From sequence record MH550421: 64,000 nucleotides of DNA, one strand, 5' to 3'. Below the pieces are notes generated by a model. That model was not told the origin of the DNA, searched no databases, and was given only the letters and a program-made list of their open reading frames with translations. The stretch's first letter is position 1; every line of letters begins with the position of its first letter. This DNA is from Enterobacteria phage T6. Shown here in pieces: positions 1 through 9,268 of the stretch. Made by a program: the position numbers and the translations under genes.

Positions 1-479
1 TCTTCCACAAGCTTTCTTCGCGAAGGGGTCGACAAACCCATGAAAGGGGTATACCCTGCTGTACCAAGGACAACAATCTGCTTGAAACTGGCATATGACA
101 TTCCGATAAGCTGTTCAAATTCTGCTTGGAAATCTTTACTGCTGGCAGATTCATTAAGACGTGTACCGTTAACGGTGATTTCAAAAACGTTCGGTTTTTG
201 TCCTCTTTTGATATAGTACTTTTTCTCATCATATTCCATCCACAGTTCAACTAAAAGTTCTTTCTTATTTGTGCTGTTTATTAATTGACCTTTCTTTACA
301 TCACGAAATGGCTTACCAAAAAGCCCAAATGTGATGGCTTCTAGCATAGTAGACTTACCACCGCCATTTCGTCCAGTAATAAGAGTTTTTTGAACCTTAT
401 CTAATTGAATGTCAACTCCATTTTGACCAACTGACATTATATTTTTATATTTTACTCTATTAAGTTTAAATGATTTCAT
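1..479 (-). CDS. 46: Recombination endonuclease subunit gp46 (SbcC/Rad50-like ATPase), N-terminal part; gene continues beyond window start
   Basis: Reverse-strand translation from ATG at 479 reads MKSFKLNRVKYKNIMSVGQNG... with Walker A GRNGGGKST; matches T4 gp46 N-terminus from memory. Confidence 0.9.
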   Translation of the reverse strand, partial: MKSFKLNRVKYKNIMSVGQNGVDIQLDKVQKTLITGRNGGGKSTMLEAITFGLFGKPFRDVKKGQLINSTNKKELLVELWMEYDEKKYYIKRGQKPNVFEITVNGTRLNESASSKDFQAEFEQLIGMSYASFKQIVVLGTAGYTPFMGLSTPSRRKLVE

Positions 480-494
480 TTTGTATCCAATTGT

Positions 495-1349
495 TCACAA
501 TGAAGAAAATTCTTTAACTAAAGCCTGTAATGAAGCCTCTATTGGATATCCATTCTTAACTAACATTTTCCTAAACATCACATGTTTAGGACGATTATAT
601 GATATCCACAATTCATACAATTTATCTTTATTATCCCAATGATAGCCTTTTCGTCGAGATGCTATATGAGCTTTTCTAATCTCCGGATTTTTCCAACTAG
701 CAGCTACTGAATTTGATATAGCTATTTTATATTCAGGTTTTGATAAAGCAGCACGAACAGCCTTTTGGTGTTTAATTTTATTTTCTTCGTTATTAAACCA
801 TTCCTTTGAAGCCATTGAAATTTTTTGTTTTGTTTTAAAATTATTTAATCTTTCTTTGTTATCTTTCCTATTTTTTGCTACTGAAAAATATTTTAATGCC
901 CTTTCTCTAGCAGCATTTCTATTTTGCGGATTTGAATAATACTGTTGAAGCCTTTTTGATATTGTGTCGCTTACATCTTGTTTTATAAAACTATATTCAG
1001 CAGCTATTAAATCAACTTCGGCTAAAGATAAATTTTTATATGTTTTTCCTGACATCATTCTATTTAAAGCATTTAGCATTTTTCCATTTTTACCTTTTGC
1101 TAATAAGAAATGTGCTTTAAAATGATTAAAATGACTTAAATTAACTAAATTCCATGTAGATTTTAAATATTCAGGAAATATTGATTTAGGAAGCACGTGG
1201 TGTGCTTCCGTTTTACCTGGAGTTTTAACAGTTGAATTCATAGAAATAAAATTAATGTAAGACTTGGCGTCTTCTTCACTCAACGCTAATTTTTCAACTA
1301 ATTCCTTTATTAAAAATTCATCATTAATGTCAAGTTTAAAATTCTTCAC
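495..1349 (-). CDS. HNH-family homing endonuclease (mob-like), free-standing between genes 47 and 46
   Basis: 284 aa ORF with HNH-type motif EAHHVLPKS...NLVNLSHFNHFKAH; lysine-rich C-terminal half typical of mob/seg DNA-binding tails. Confidence 0.75.
   Translation of the reverse strand: MKNFKLDINDEFLIKELVEKLALSEEDAKSYINFISMNSTVKTPGKTEAHHVLPKSIFPEYLKSTWNLVNLSHFNHFKAHFLLAKGKNGKMLNALNRMMSGKTYKNLSLAEVDLIAAEYSFIKQDVSDTISKRLQQYYSNPQNRNAARERALKYFSVAKNRKDNKERLNNFKTKQKISMASKEWFNNEENKIKHQKAVRAALSKPEYKIAISNSVAASWKNPEIRKAHIASRRKGYHWDNKDKLYELWISYNRPKHVMFRKMLVKNGYPIEASLQALVKEFSSL
1315..1333. repeat. 19-bp direct repeat copy 1 (aattcatcattaatgtcaa), at the start of the HNH gene
   Basis: Exact match with 1518-1536; read directly from sequence. 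Confidence 0.8.
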
Positions 1350-1609
1350 AAAAGATTCCTTTTAATGTATCTTTTAGACCATTCTATCATATCATCATAA
1401 TCTAAAAAGTATTCATCAAATTCAGCCATGCAAACAACGCCTTGTGCTGAATTTGATGTGATATAAATTATTCCAACATATCTAGAATCTTCTTCGGTAT
1501 AATCAATATTTGCTATGAATTCATCATTAATGTCAAATGTCGAAAACTTCACAGTATGCATCCTTAATACAAGATACAGCCATATCTCGCAATGATTTAG
1601 GTGTGTCAT
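1346..1609 (-). CDS. Hypothetical small protein; N-terminus (KFSTFDINDEF) resembles the HNH ORF start
   Basis: 87 aa ORF, stop overlaps HNH start (ATGA); overlaps neighbour ORF 1533-1796 in another frame, so the true start is uncertain. Confidence 0.35.
   Translation of the reverse strand: MTHLNHCEIWLYLVLRMHTVKFSTFDINDEFIANIDYTEEDSRYVGIIYITSNSAQGVVCMAEFDEYFLDYDDMIEWSKRYIKRNLL
1518..1536. repeat. 19-bp direct repeat copy 2
   Basis: Exact match with 1315-1333. Confidence 0.8.
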
Positions 1610-1796
1610 TATCTAAAATGTTGAAGTTAAAAGATACAGCCCAATCAGTGCAGACCGTAACCTTTTTAATACAATTATCTTCAACCTCTAGTGGTTCAAA
1701 CCAGTATTCAATAATTTCTTTATGACCAATATCATCTTTTACTTCGCATTCAAAATGCTGACTCATCATAACATTTTTAAATTCATCAAAAGTCAT
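1533..1796 (-). CDS. Hypothetical acidic small protein
   Basis: 87 aa ORF, start overlaps gene 47 stop (ATGA coupling). Confidence 0.45.
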   Translation of the reverse strand: MTFDEFKNVMMSQHFECEVKDDIGHKEIIEYWFEPLEVEDNCIKKVTVCTDWAVSFNFNILDNDTPKSLRDMAVSCIKDAYCEVFDI

Positions 1797-2812
1797 TGTG
1801 TTGCCTCTACATATAGCTGATTTGCATATTGAATAAGTGCTTCACGGTCAGAATCAGTGATGTCTGGAATTGCATTAATATACTCTTCCATTAATGTCTG
1901 AAGCGATTGAACTTCAACTTCTTCACTATCATCTGACTCGACAGAGTTATCAATCTTTGACACAACTCGTAATGAATGCACAACTTTCTCTAGTTCAGAT
2001 TCGAACTTCGTCAGATTTTTGTCTATTTCAGTTACTATAACACGTACTGATAGATTTGTAAAATCTTTATAGTCAATTTTTCCTTTAAATGGATAATGAA
2101 TTCTACGATGCCAGGTAGTATTGTTTGGAATAAATTCCATTCGTTCTGTTTCTGTATCAAACATCCAGAACCCACGAGGGTCATTCTCGTCACCGGCAGT
2201 TAGTGTCCATGGTGTCCCAATATATCTGACGTTAGCAGCCTCAGAAATAGTATGGAAGTGACCAGACCACACTTCTTTATAAGTCTTAAGGAAATCAGGT
2301 TCAAGACCGTGAGATTTCATTCCTTTATAAAAATAAAATCCATTCAATTCCCAGTGACCAACACAAAAAGAAGCAGATGAAGTTTTGATATGCTCAAGAA
2401 TTTCACCAGTATTTTCTTCGCACATCCAAGGAATTAAATCAATCAAACACCCGTCAAAATCTACTGTAGTAGGCTTATCATATACTTTAACATTAGGATA
2501 TTTAGCCAAAAGCTCAGTAGAGGCATTTGGAGTTAAAGTATTTTTAAAGTGCATATCATGGTTTCCTACAACAGTATGTAGGGTAATACCAGCATCATCA
2601 AGCATTTGAACTATTTCACGAGCAAACTCCATAGTTTTATGCGTGATTGCTTTTCGCACATCAAAAATATCGCCGTATTGAATCCAGGTAGTAATTCCAT
2701 TTTTCTTAGAATATTCTATCGCTTGCTTAATTCCATCCAGCTGAATGGATTGAACCCACTCATCATCGGCTTTAACGCCTAAATGCCAATCACCTAAATT
2801 TAAAATTTTCAT
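1793..2812 (-). CDS. 47: Recombination nuclease subunit gp47 (SbcD/Mre11-like)
   Basis: 339 aa; calcineurin-like phosphoesterase motifs LGDWHLG and VVGNHDMHF; length and sequence match T4 gp47 from memory. Confidence 0.92.
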   Translation of the reverse strand: MKILNLGDWHLGVKADDEWVQSIQLDGIKQAIEYSKKNGITTWIQYGDIFDVRKAITHKTMEFAREIVQMLDDAGITLHTVVGNHDMHFKNTLTPNASTELLAKYPNVKVYDKPTTVDFDGCLIDLIPWMCEENTGEILEHIKTSSASFCVGHWELNGFYFYKGMKSHGLEPDFLKTYKEVWSGHFHTISEAANVRYIGTPWTLTAGDENDPRGFWMFDTETERMEFIPNNTTWHRRIHYPFKGKIDYKDFTNLSVRVIVTEIDKNLTKFESELEKVVHSLRVVSKIDNSVESDDSEEVEVQSLQTLMEEYINAIPDITDSDREALIQYANQLYVEATQ

Positions 2813-2972
2813 ATATCAAGAACCGTCATTGAAATGCAAAATAAAATTATTGAAATAAATCCATCTAGAGTACTAAAGAACCCAATCCAACATGCTCTAG
2901 TGAATAGATAAAATGCAAGAAAAAGTATCACATATCCAAGAAATATCATTATATCAAACTCCGTATAAAGCT

Positions 2973-2990
2973 AAAGGGCCGAAGCCCTTT
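2973..2990 (-). terminator. GC hairpin with tetraloop (GGGC-UUCG-GCCC on the transcript) at the a-gt 3' end
   Basis: Inverted repeat aaagggccgaagcccttt overlapping the a-gt stop codon; only a weak U tract follows. Confidence 0.4.
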
Positions 2991-4191
2991 ATTTTGTAAT
3001 AATGTCAAACTGTTCTTTAAAGCAGAAGCTTGAATCTTGATGTTGATACAAAAATTCATATGCTTTTTCTCGCTCACGGTCATAAAGAGCTCGGTCAGAT
3101 GACAGTTCTTTAATACGTTCAAATGTTGATTCCATGTCATTTTCATCAAACCAAATGATACCGCTATCATGCGAGGTCAAAGGAGTATTATCAACACGGA
3201 ATTTTAAATTTTCGCCAGTAGATTTCCAAAATGCCGGAATTGTTCCACATGCACCAAGCTCGAGATGAGTATATTCGAGTGAGCGTTGTAAGTATTTCTG
3301 GTTAAGTTTACTCAACTGATATCCAAAGCCAGATTTACTCATTCGTTCAAGCATTTCACTATTAATATAACAATCTAGGATTTGTGCCGGTTGATTTGGC
3401 GCGAGATTCATTTTATCAATCTCACGATTACCGTAATATTCATACGGAATACCTTTTTCCTTAATTGCAATAAAAGCAGGGGAACGTTCAAGACCTTCCA
3501 TTACAGTGGATTTACCAGCAGGTTTTAAGAATTTTTCATGAAAATCAAACATCTGATAAAAACCTTTCCATGTAGTCGTACGACCAATCCAACGGTTGAT
3601 ATTCATGTTAATTTCAGAAACATCTTTCCAGTAGGTTGATCGAACCTTCGCAATATCCATAGGAGGCTGAAAGTTATATACTGTCGGTGCTTCTTCAATA
3701 TCATCAAACAGAGAAACAGTTTCTGGATACCATTCTTTCATCAGAACTTTATTAAAATCACCATTATCAGAATGGCTAAAAATAACATCAGCTCGACGAA
3801 CAGTTTCTTCTAATCCCAAATTTCGACGCAAAGAAAGAACAGAATGATCATGCTGATAAACTACAACACGAATAGAAGGTTTAATATTATCTAAAAGTTT
3901 TTTATAGTTATTAATCGTGGCTTCTTGAACGGAAGTAGCAGGAACAGAATTAATAATTAGAATATCACAATCATTAATCAGTTTAAGTGCTTTATCGTAT
4001 TCTTTAGCTAAAATAACTGGAATTGAAAATGATTTGTGGTCATGAGAACTTGTACGAGTAAATGATTTATCTTTAGCATAAACCAAAGTTACTTCATGAC
4101 CATTTTTAATAAACCAATCACGTTGCTCAAGAGAAAATTTAGTTACACCACAGCCTTCAAGACCTCGAGCCATAAAAATACATACTTTCAT
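2989..4191 (-). CDS. agt: DNA alpha-glucosyltransferase
   Basis: 400 aa; translation MKVCIFMARGLEGCGVTKFSLEQRDWFIKNGHEV... is near-identical to T4 alpha-glucosyltransferase as remembered. Confidence 0.95.
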   Translation of the reverse strand: MKVCIFMARGLEGCGVTKFSLEQRDWFIKNGHEVTLVYAKDKSFTRTSSHDHKSFSIPVILAKEYDKALKLINDCDILIINSVPATSVQEATINNYKKLLDNIKPSIRVVVYQHDHSVLSLRRNLGLEETVRRADVIFSHSDNGDFNKVLMKEWYPETVSLFDDIEEAPTVYNFQPPMDIAKVRSTYWKDVSEINMNINRWIGRTTTWKGFYQMFDFHEKFLKPAGKSTVMEGLERSPAFIAIKEKGIPYEYYGNREIDKMNLAPNQPAQILDCYINSEMLERMSKSGFGYQLSKLNQKYLQRSLEYTHLELGACGTIPAFWKSTGENLKFRVDNTPLTSHDSGIIWFDENDMESTFERIKELSSDRALYDREREKAYEFLYQHQDSSFCFKEQFDIITK

Positions 4192-4242
4192 TTAATATCC
4201 TCTTTGTTTTGGTTTATTTTACCAAAAATTTATAAAGCAATA

Positions 4243-4260
4243 TAGGAGCCGAAGCTCCTA
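4243..4260 (-). promoter_or_regulatory. RNA stem-loop (taggagc-cgaa-gctccta) upstream of a-gt
   Basis: Perfect 7-bp stem with tetraloop; partly U-rich downstream on the minus transcript. Confidence 0.35.
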
Positions 4261-4347
4261 TCCGCATAATACACCATATAGAGGCTCATTAGAGCTTCTA
4301 AATTTTATGCGCTTATATGTTATAGTTCCTTCTGCTTTAGCTTTATC

Positions 4348-4371
4348 ATGAGACTCTTTAAAGAGTCTCAT
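4348..4371. repeat. Perfect 24-bp palindrome atgagactcttt/aaagagtctcat
   Basis: Read directly; followed by a second inverted repeat ttcctc..gaggaa at 4374-4389. Confidence 0.7.
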
Positions 4372-4434
4372 CATTTCCTCTTTAGAGGAACGAATTTTAT
4401 TATAATCTATTTCAGAAGTCTGGATGTTCATCTT

Positions 4435-4638
4435 TCACAGTTGCCACCATTTTTTAACTTGATAAGAATCAACCCACACTTTCATATTAGGGTCTGCTCT
4501 TACAATAGGAGGATTAACTTCTTTAATTGAACTATCATGGTATTCTTTTTCAGAAATTTTCACACAAAGATGACCATTCAAAGATTCAGTAAATCCTGCA
4601 TTAATTTTAAGACGCTTGAATTTTACGTGTGTAAGCAT
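4435..4638 (-). CDS. Hypothetical small protein
   Basis: 67-68 aa ORF between a-gt and downstream ORFs; 32-nt overlap with the upstream ORF end. Confidence 0.35.
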   Translation of the reverse strand: MLTHVKFKRLKINAGFTESLNGHLCVKISEKEYHDSSIKEVNPPIVRADPNMKVWVDSYQVKKWWQL

Positions 4639-4924
4639 CAATCATATCCTCAATCTGCGATCTAGTAGTCTTCCAAAGAATACTGATGAGTTCATCGTTA
4701 TATGGCTGTTTTAGAATATCCCGACTTTTCTTGATAGCATATTCGTATTGAGCAAAATTATTATTTTCAGCTGCGATCTGAGCGTGCTTATAAAGACGAT
4801 TCAGTTCGCGTTTGTTTTTAGACAATAACTTATTTGCTTTTCTTTCTGCTTCAAGACGGTTCTTTTCTTCAATAGAAGAAATAAGCTTTTCCACTTCATC
4901 ATTAATTTCGGGTTTATCAGTCAT
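4607..4924 (-). CDS. Hypothetical protein, predicted coiled-coil
   Basis: 105 aa ORF, lysine/glutamate-rich helical sequence. Confidence 0.55.
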   Translation of the reverse strand: MTDKPEINDEVEKLISSIEEKNRLEAERKANKLLSKNKRELNRLYKHAQIAAENNNFAQYEYAIKKSRDILKQPYNDELISILWKTTRSQIEDMIDAYTRKIQAS

Positions 4925-4925
4925 A

Positions 4926-5144
4926 TTATTTCTCTAATATAAAATAAAAATCATCATCTGTTAAATGATACCGATAGTTTAATTCTACACCATTAGATTT
5001 AAAAGCGGTATCATACGGATTTTCTGGATCAATATCAATGTCAAGAGCTAAAACTTCCCTGAGATACATTTTAAGTAAATAGGGAATAGCTTCAACTTCA
5101 GGTATTTCTTCCAAGAATCCGGAGAGGTTAATCGTTAGCCTCAT
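4926..5144 (-). CDS. Hypothetical acidic small protein
   Basis: 72 aa ORF, tightly packed between neighbours. Confidence 0.5.
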
Positions 5145-5685
5145 ATAAAAAATCCAAACTAGGAGAATCGTCTACAACACTTTTCTTTTCAGCCCCCGGT
5201 GTTCTATAGGTTGATTCTTCGTAATGCGTCATTTTATCATAGATGTCTTGAATAAAAGTTTCATCTACTAACGCAACCATATCGTCGTCACGACTGTCAT
5301 AGACATTGTGAACGAAGTAACTATATTTCTTTGCAACTTCCTTACGTTCTTTTTTAATACGTTGGACGAATGCATTAAAACAAGCTTGAGTTATATACGC
5401 ATGTGGGTTTTTATATTTCGTTTCATCAAAATTATGAAGCCCCTTAATAGAAGCTTCTATACCATCTGCAATCATTTCTTGTTTCCAAGACTGGGTATAT
5501 CCTGAAAAGTTGAAACGTTTAGATAAGCCTTCTGCAATAAGCATAATGGCTAATCCGATAGTATCATTTTGACGAACTACTTTATTTGGGTCTTTATTAT
5601 TTGCTAATTCTGTTTTCCAATCAATAATAGCTTGTAAAAGCTCTTTATTGTTTACGTAATTATATTTAGGCTTAGTTTCTGACAT
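5128..5685 (-). CDS. 55: Late-transcription sigma factor gp55
   Basis: Translation [24 protein letters not shown]... (185 aa from the internal Met) matches T4 gp55 from memory; the ORF track start at 5691 adds two residues. Confidence 0.9.
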
Positions 5686-5767
5686 TTTCACCTCTTAGCT
5701 CAATTCATAGATCTATTATATCATAATATTTGAAGACCTATCTTAAAGCATAGAGGATGAATCAATT

Positions 5768-5983
5768 TCAAGCATTCATCAGCTTAGCTGCTCCAAGAGC
5801 TGCATCTAGTGAATCAAATTGGTCAACATATTCAATCAATTCGCCGTAATTAGCATATAACCACCATTGGCTAAATTCATACTCAAGGATGAATCCGTTT
5901 CCTTCAATTTGAGTTAAACCAATGCCATTTGTATTTACTTCATATCCAGCAAGACGTAAATCGTTAATAAGAGCTTCGTTCAT
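5768..5983 (-). CDS. Hypothetical protein
   Basis: 71 aa ORF. Confidence 0.5.
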   Translation of the reverse strand: MNEALINDLRLAGYEVNTNGIGLTQIEGNGFILEYEFSQWWLYANYGELIEYVDQFDSLDAALGAAKLMNA

Positions 5984-5985
5984 AA

Positions 5986-6312
5986 TTATACCTTAGTAAT
6001 TTTCAGGTCTGCAAATTTTTTCTTACGTTGATTTTTCATGCGACGAATAGTTTTATCGGAAATTTCATGCTTTTGATAAGCTTTAGATTCTACACCAAAA
6101 GCTTTAACATCAAATTCTGACAAGATATATTGAACCAGCAATTCACGGATAGTATTGCGTCCAATCTTCTGATCATTCTGTTTCATCGTCTGATGAAGCT
6201 CTTTTTCCCATTTATCCAAAATTTGAGGAGTTACAATATCGCCTTTTTCTAACAAAGAAACTACTTTATCATATGCGTAAGAATTGATGGCGTTTTTAAT
6301 TTGAATAGTCAT
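5986..6312 (-). CDS. Hypothetical protein
   Basis: 108 aa ORF with basic C-terminus. Confidence 0.55.
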   Translation of the reverse strand: MTIQIKNAINSYAYDKVVSLLEKGDIVTPQILDKWEKELHQTMKQNDQKIGRNTIRELLVQYILSEFDVKAFGVESKAYQKHEISDKTIRRMKNQRKKKFADLKITKV

Positions 6313-6340
6313 ACATTATCCTCAATTACGTTAAAATTTT

Positions 6341-6364
6341 ATTATCCAAAAAGGGCCGAAGCCC
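6341..6364 (-). terminator. Intrinsic terminator (GGGC-UUCG-GCCC hairpin followed by UUUUU)
   Basis: Plus strand aaaaagggccgaagccc; on the minus transcript the hairpin is followed by a U run, immediately after the stop of ORF 6365-6565. Confidence 0.65.
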
Positions 6365-6565
6365 TTAGCTAAACTTTTTGGCACCCTTCCAGCCTTCATA
6401 CATCATTGCGACTGACAATAACAAAGCTCCTTCGCATGCTGCATACTTATTATTCCAGAACCAATTTAGAAAAACTTCATCCTCAATACCATTGTGTTTC
6501 ATGTTCTGGAAAAATTTGGCGCGTTCTTCAGCAATTCGCTGCGATAATTTAGATTCAGGATTCAT
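6365..6565 (-). CDS. Hypothetical protein
   Basis: 66 aa ORF. Confidence 0.5.
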   Translation of the reverse strand: MNPESKLSQRIAEERAKFFQNMKHNGIEDEVFLNWFWNNKYAACEGALLLSVAMMYEGWKGAKKFS

Positions 6566-6781
6566 TTAAATTTCCCAATTGCCATTTTCATCAATAAATT
6601 TAATCCAGTCATTTACTGACCACTTAGTTGTATCGCCTTTTGGAGCAACATTTAAAGTATATAGCCCTTGCTTAAAAAGCATTCGTTTGATATTCATATT
6701 TTCCTCAGCTGTAACGATAACACTCGTTTGATTTACGTTTAGCAACTCGTTGAGAAGTATTATAATCAAAATCATCATCAA
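6566..6781 (-). CDS. Hypothetical small protein (true start possibly the internal Met at 6700)
   Basis: 71 aa ORF whose 5' part overlaps the upstream ORF; an internal ATG would give a coupled 44 aa product. Confidence 0.35.
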   Translation of the reverse strand: MMMILIIILLNELLNVNQTSVIVTAEENMNIKRMLFKQGLYTLNVAPKGDTTKWSVNDWIKFIDENGNWEI

Positions 6782-7043
6782 TGTAAACTGATTTTTTCAA
6801 CTTTCTTACTTCACCACGTAATTGACGATTTAGCTCATCTTTAACTTCTGAATCAACACCTTTCATTCTACGCCATTTATCTGAGCGAAAAATGTTTTCA
6901 ACCATATCTTTATGACTTACACCGTCTGGAGCTTTACGCTTTCCGAAATAGTCATAATCACGCACTTTTAAGTCTTTACGACGATACGTTTTACCCATGG
7001 AGTTTAATTTCCTTAGCAACTGAACTAAATACAGCACGATCAC
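6705..7043 (-). CDS. Hypothetical basic protein
   Basis: 112 aa ORF, Arg/Lys-rich. Confidence 0.5.
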   Translation of the reverse strand: MIVLYLVQLLRKLNSMGKTYRRKDLKVRDYDYFGKRKAPDGVSHKDMVENIFRSDKWRRMKGVDSEVKDELNRQLRGEVRKLKKSVYIDDDFDYNTSQRVAKRKSNECYRYS

Positions 7044-7173
7044 AAATCATACGTTTATGTAACTTGAGTATAAGATAGTAAACATCAAAACCATTTACAT
7101 AAGTAACACGAACGACATTACCATTCACGAGATAATACTGTCCCTTTTTAATTTCTTTATCAATCATAACCAT
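6991..7173 (-). CDS. Hypothetical small protein
   Basis: 60 aa ORF directly downstream of the early promoter at 7204-7233. Confidence 0.4.
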   Translation of the reverse strand: MVMIDKEIKKGQYYLVNGNVVRVTYVNGFDVYYLILKLHKRMICDRAVFSSVAKEIKLHG

Positions 7174-7203
7174 ATCAATTCCTCAAAGGCAATTCATATG
7201 TTA

Positions 7204-7233
7204 ATAATACCATAGTTTGAACTTGTTGTAAAC
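7204..7233 (-). promoter_or_regulatory. T4-type early (sigma70) promoter
   Basis: Minus strand reads GTTTACA - 17 nt - TATTAT, preceded by the A/T-rich UP-like element aaaatatttttcacaaagttg. Confidence 0.6.
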
Positions 7234-7300
7234 AACTTTGTGAAAAATATTTTAGGGAATGATAAGAAAGGAACGATAGCTTAGAATGGTAATATACAGA

Positions 7301-7328
7301 ATGTGAGAAAGAAGGGCCCAGAGGGCCC
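7301..7328 (-). terminator. Intrinsic terminator (GGGCCC-UCUG-GGCCC hairpin plus U-rich tract)
   Basis: Inverted repeat gggcccagagggccc just downstream of the nrdH stop; the minus transcript follows with UUCUUUCUC. Confidence 0.6.
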
Positions 7329-7331
7329 GTC

Positions 7332-7640
7332 TTAATCTTCTATGATATCTCTATCATATCCAAGTGAAATGAGAGTTTCTTTGAAGTGTTTAATGTTCTT
7401 TTGTCTAGAATCATTAATGAAAATGACTGGATAACGAATGTTAAGAGATGTGAATCCAGCGCGTTTAGCAAGAGATACAATCAGCGGACGATCATACTCA
7501 ATCTTACCATTATTTGTAAGAACTTTATAGAAAGTAAAAGGAGCATTAAGCTCCTTTAGAAGTTTTGTAACTGATTGACATCCAGGACAACGACCTACTT
7601 CATCTGGAATTCCATAGACTTCAATCTTATTTTGTTTCAC
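7332..7640 (-). CDS. nrdH: Glutaredoxin-like protein NrdH
   Basis: 102 aa with CPGC redox motif; position upstream of nrdG as in T4. Confidence 0.8.
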   Translation of the reverse strand: MKQNKIEVYGIPDEVGRCPGCQSVTKLLKELNAPFTFYKVLTNNGKIEYDRPLIVSLAKRAGFTSLNIRYPVIFINDSRQKNIKHFKETLISLGYDRDIIED

Positions 7641-7642
7641 AA

Positions 7643-7855
7643 CTATTCCTTACTAAGAGCAGCATTCAGCTTGTTAGTAATTTTATCCAGACGCTCATTG
7701 AACTCACTAGAAGATAAGCCCTTTTCTGGAGAAATTAAACTAATCACGAAAAATATAGCAATAAATGGAATAAGGAAAATAGCTCCAACTGCCATAAATA
7801 GAAAGAATGTTACAGTTGTAAGAAAATCAGCTAAACCTTTACGAAATTTATACAT
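7643..7855 (-). CDS. Hypothetical small membrane protein
   Basis: 70 aa ORF with one long hydrophobic segment (FLTTVTFFLFMAVGAIFLIPFIAIFFVISLI). Confidence 0.5.
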   Translation of the reverse strand: MYKFRKGLADFLTTVTFFLFMAVGAIFLIPFIAIFFVISLISPEKGLSSSEFNERLDKITNKLNAALSKE

Positions 7856-7970
7856 ATTTTACCCTTAATTGATTAACCAAGCATTGATAATCACTAAACT
7901 ATACTGCGAATAAAATTCTGGACCAAAATGAAAAATCATATCATTTATAGTATCCATAATATAATTCAAT

Positions 7971-8441
7971 TTAATCATGTTTCCACACCCCATCGGTATT
8001 TGACCAAAGTCGCTGATTATCTGATCCTCGCCACAGCTTTTTAGTCGGAAGATTTTTCTCATACTTCCCATCAATAATAACATCAACATATTTAAGCATT
8101 TCTAGTTGTTTAATATCTTCAAACTTATATCCTGTCCACAACCAAATGCTTTTATTGGGATAAAGATTTTTTACTGTTTGAACAATGCAATGAATAACAT
8201 CTCGGTTATCAGGATAGAGAGGGTCTCCTCCAGTTATAGTTAATCCTTCTATATAATCATTATTCAAACATTCAATTAATTGTTCTAGTGTTTCACCAGT
8301 AAATGGAATACCATTTCTAGCATTCCATGTTGATTTATTATAACACCCTTCACATTTATGCAAACAACCTGTAACGAAAAGAACGGTCCTGCATCCAGGA
8401 CCATTAACAAAGCAGCACGGGTATATTCTGTCATAATTCAT
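7971..8441 (-). CDS. nrdG: Anaerobic ribonucleotide reductase activating protein NrdG (radical SAM)
   Basis: From the internal Met: MNYDRIYPCCFVNGPGCR..., radical-SAM Cys cluster CLHKCEGC; 156 aa as in T4. Confidence 0.88.
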   Translation of the reverse strand: MNYDRIYPCCFVNGPGCRTVLFVTGCLHKCEGCYNKSTWNARNGIPFTGETLEQLIECLNNDYIEGLTITGGDPLYPDNRDVIHCIVQTVKNLYPNKSIWLWTGYKFEDIKQLEMLKYVDVIIDGKYEKNLPTKKLWRGSDNQRLWSNTDGVWKHD

Positions 8442-9268
8442 AATAATATCCAATTTTTCCAAGCTTCATCAGTAGAATTACAGCGTTTTAGTATAAGATG
8501 TCTAGAAACTTTTATGGCATTTGAGCACTTTTTAATTGAATCATATTTAATACCGTCAACTGAAACGGTTTTGCTAGTTGGAGAAATTTTTCCATACATT
8601 GGATTTTTTGAACCAACTTGAAGTCCTTTTAAAGCTTTTGAAAGCTTTTGTCTAGATTCCAATGACATGGGAGAATTCTTTTTACCTTCAATAATTCGCT
8701 TGCGATGAAGTTCGCGTTCTTCTTCGCTCAAAGAATTGTAATATTTTTTAACACCGTTTGATATAGATAATTTATCTTTCTCAGACCGCTCTCCAACTAA
8801 TTTACTTCTAACATCTTTTCGCTTCATAGCTATGCTTACAGCTTTATTTAAATTTGCTTGATGCTCTGGCGTACGTTTATATTTCTTTAAAGCACGTGAA
8901 ATAGCTATTTTAGTTTTTTCTGTTTTCTTTTTACCTTTATTTGCTAAACTATTTTTGTGGCGATGTTCAAGTGTCTGTTCATAAGCAGTTCCACCTTTTC
9001 CACCAGGTTTAATATTATATGTATTTTCTTTTAGACAATACTCTTCGGTTACAAGTTCAGCTTCTTTATCATACATTTGTTTTTCATTATCAAAAACATG
9101 TAAAATTTCTTTATTAAAATTTTTTCTACCATATTTTAATAAAGAGGCACGAATCAATGTTCCTGACCCCATATAACCGTCATTTATGTTATCGGTGCTA
9201 TGCGCACCGATATATTCCTTTGAATTAATTATATTTGTTATTTTATAAATTATATAATACCTATGCAT
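8438..9268 (-). CDS. GIY-YIG homing endonuclease (seg-like), between nrdG and nrdD
   Basis: 276 aa; N-terminal YIIYKITNIINSKEYIGAHS (GIY-YIG module) and Lys-rich DNA-binding tail. Confidence 0.8.
   Translation of the reverse strand: MHRYYIIYKITNIINSKEYIGAHSTDNINDGYMGSGTLIRASLLKYGRKNFNKEILHVFDNEKQMYDKEAELVTEEYCLKENTYNIKPGGKGGTAYEQTLEHRHKNSLANKGKKKTEKTKIAISRALKKYKRTPEHQANLNKAVSIAMKRKDVRSKLVGERSEKDKLSISNGVKKYYNSLSEEERELHRKRIIEGKKNSPMSLESRQKLSKALKGLQVGSKNPMYGKISPTSKTVSVDGIKYDSIKKCSNAIKVSRHLILKRCNSTDEAWKNWILL

Noticed and set aside
1537-1725. 62-aa plus-strand ORF
   Set aside because: Antisense to the minus-strand ORFs in a uniformly minus-strand early region; low-complexity product.
2949-3170. 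73-aa ORF on the minus strand
   Set aside because: Lies within the 3' end of a-gt in another frame; a-gt is strongly supported.
7865-8089. 74-aa minus-strand ORF
   Set aside because: Overlaps the nrdG 3' end out of frame; no independent support.
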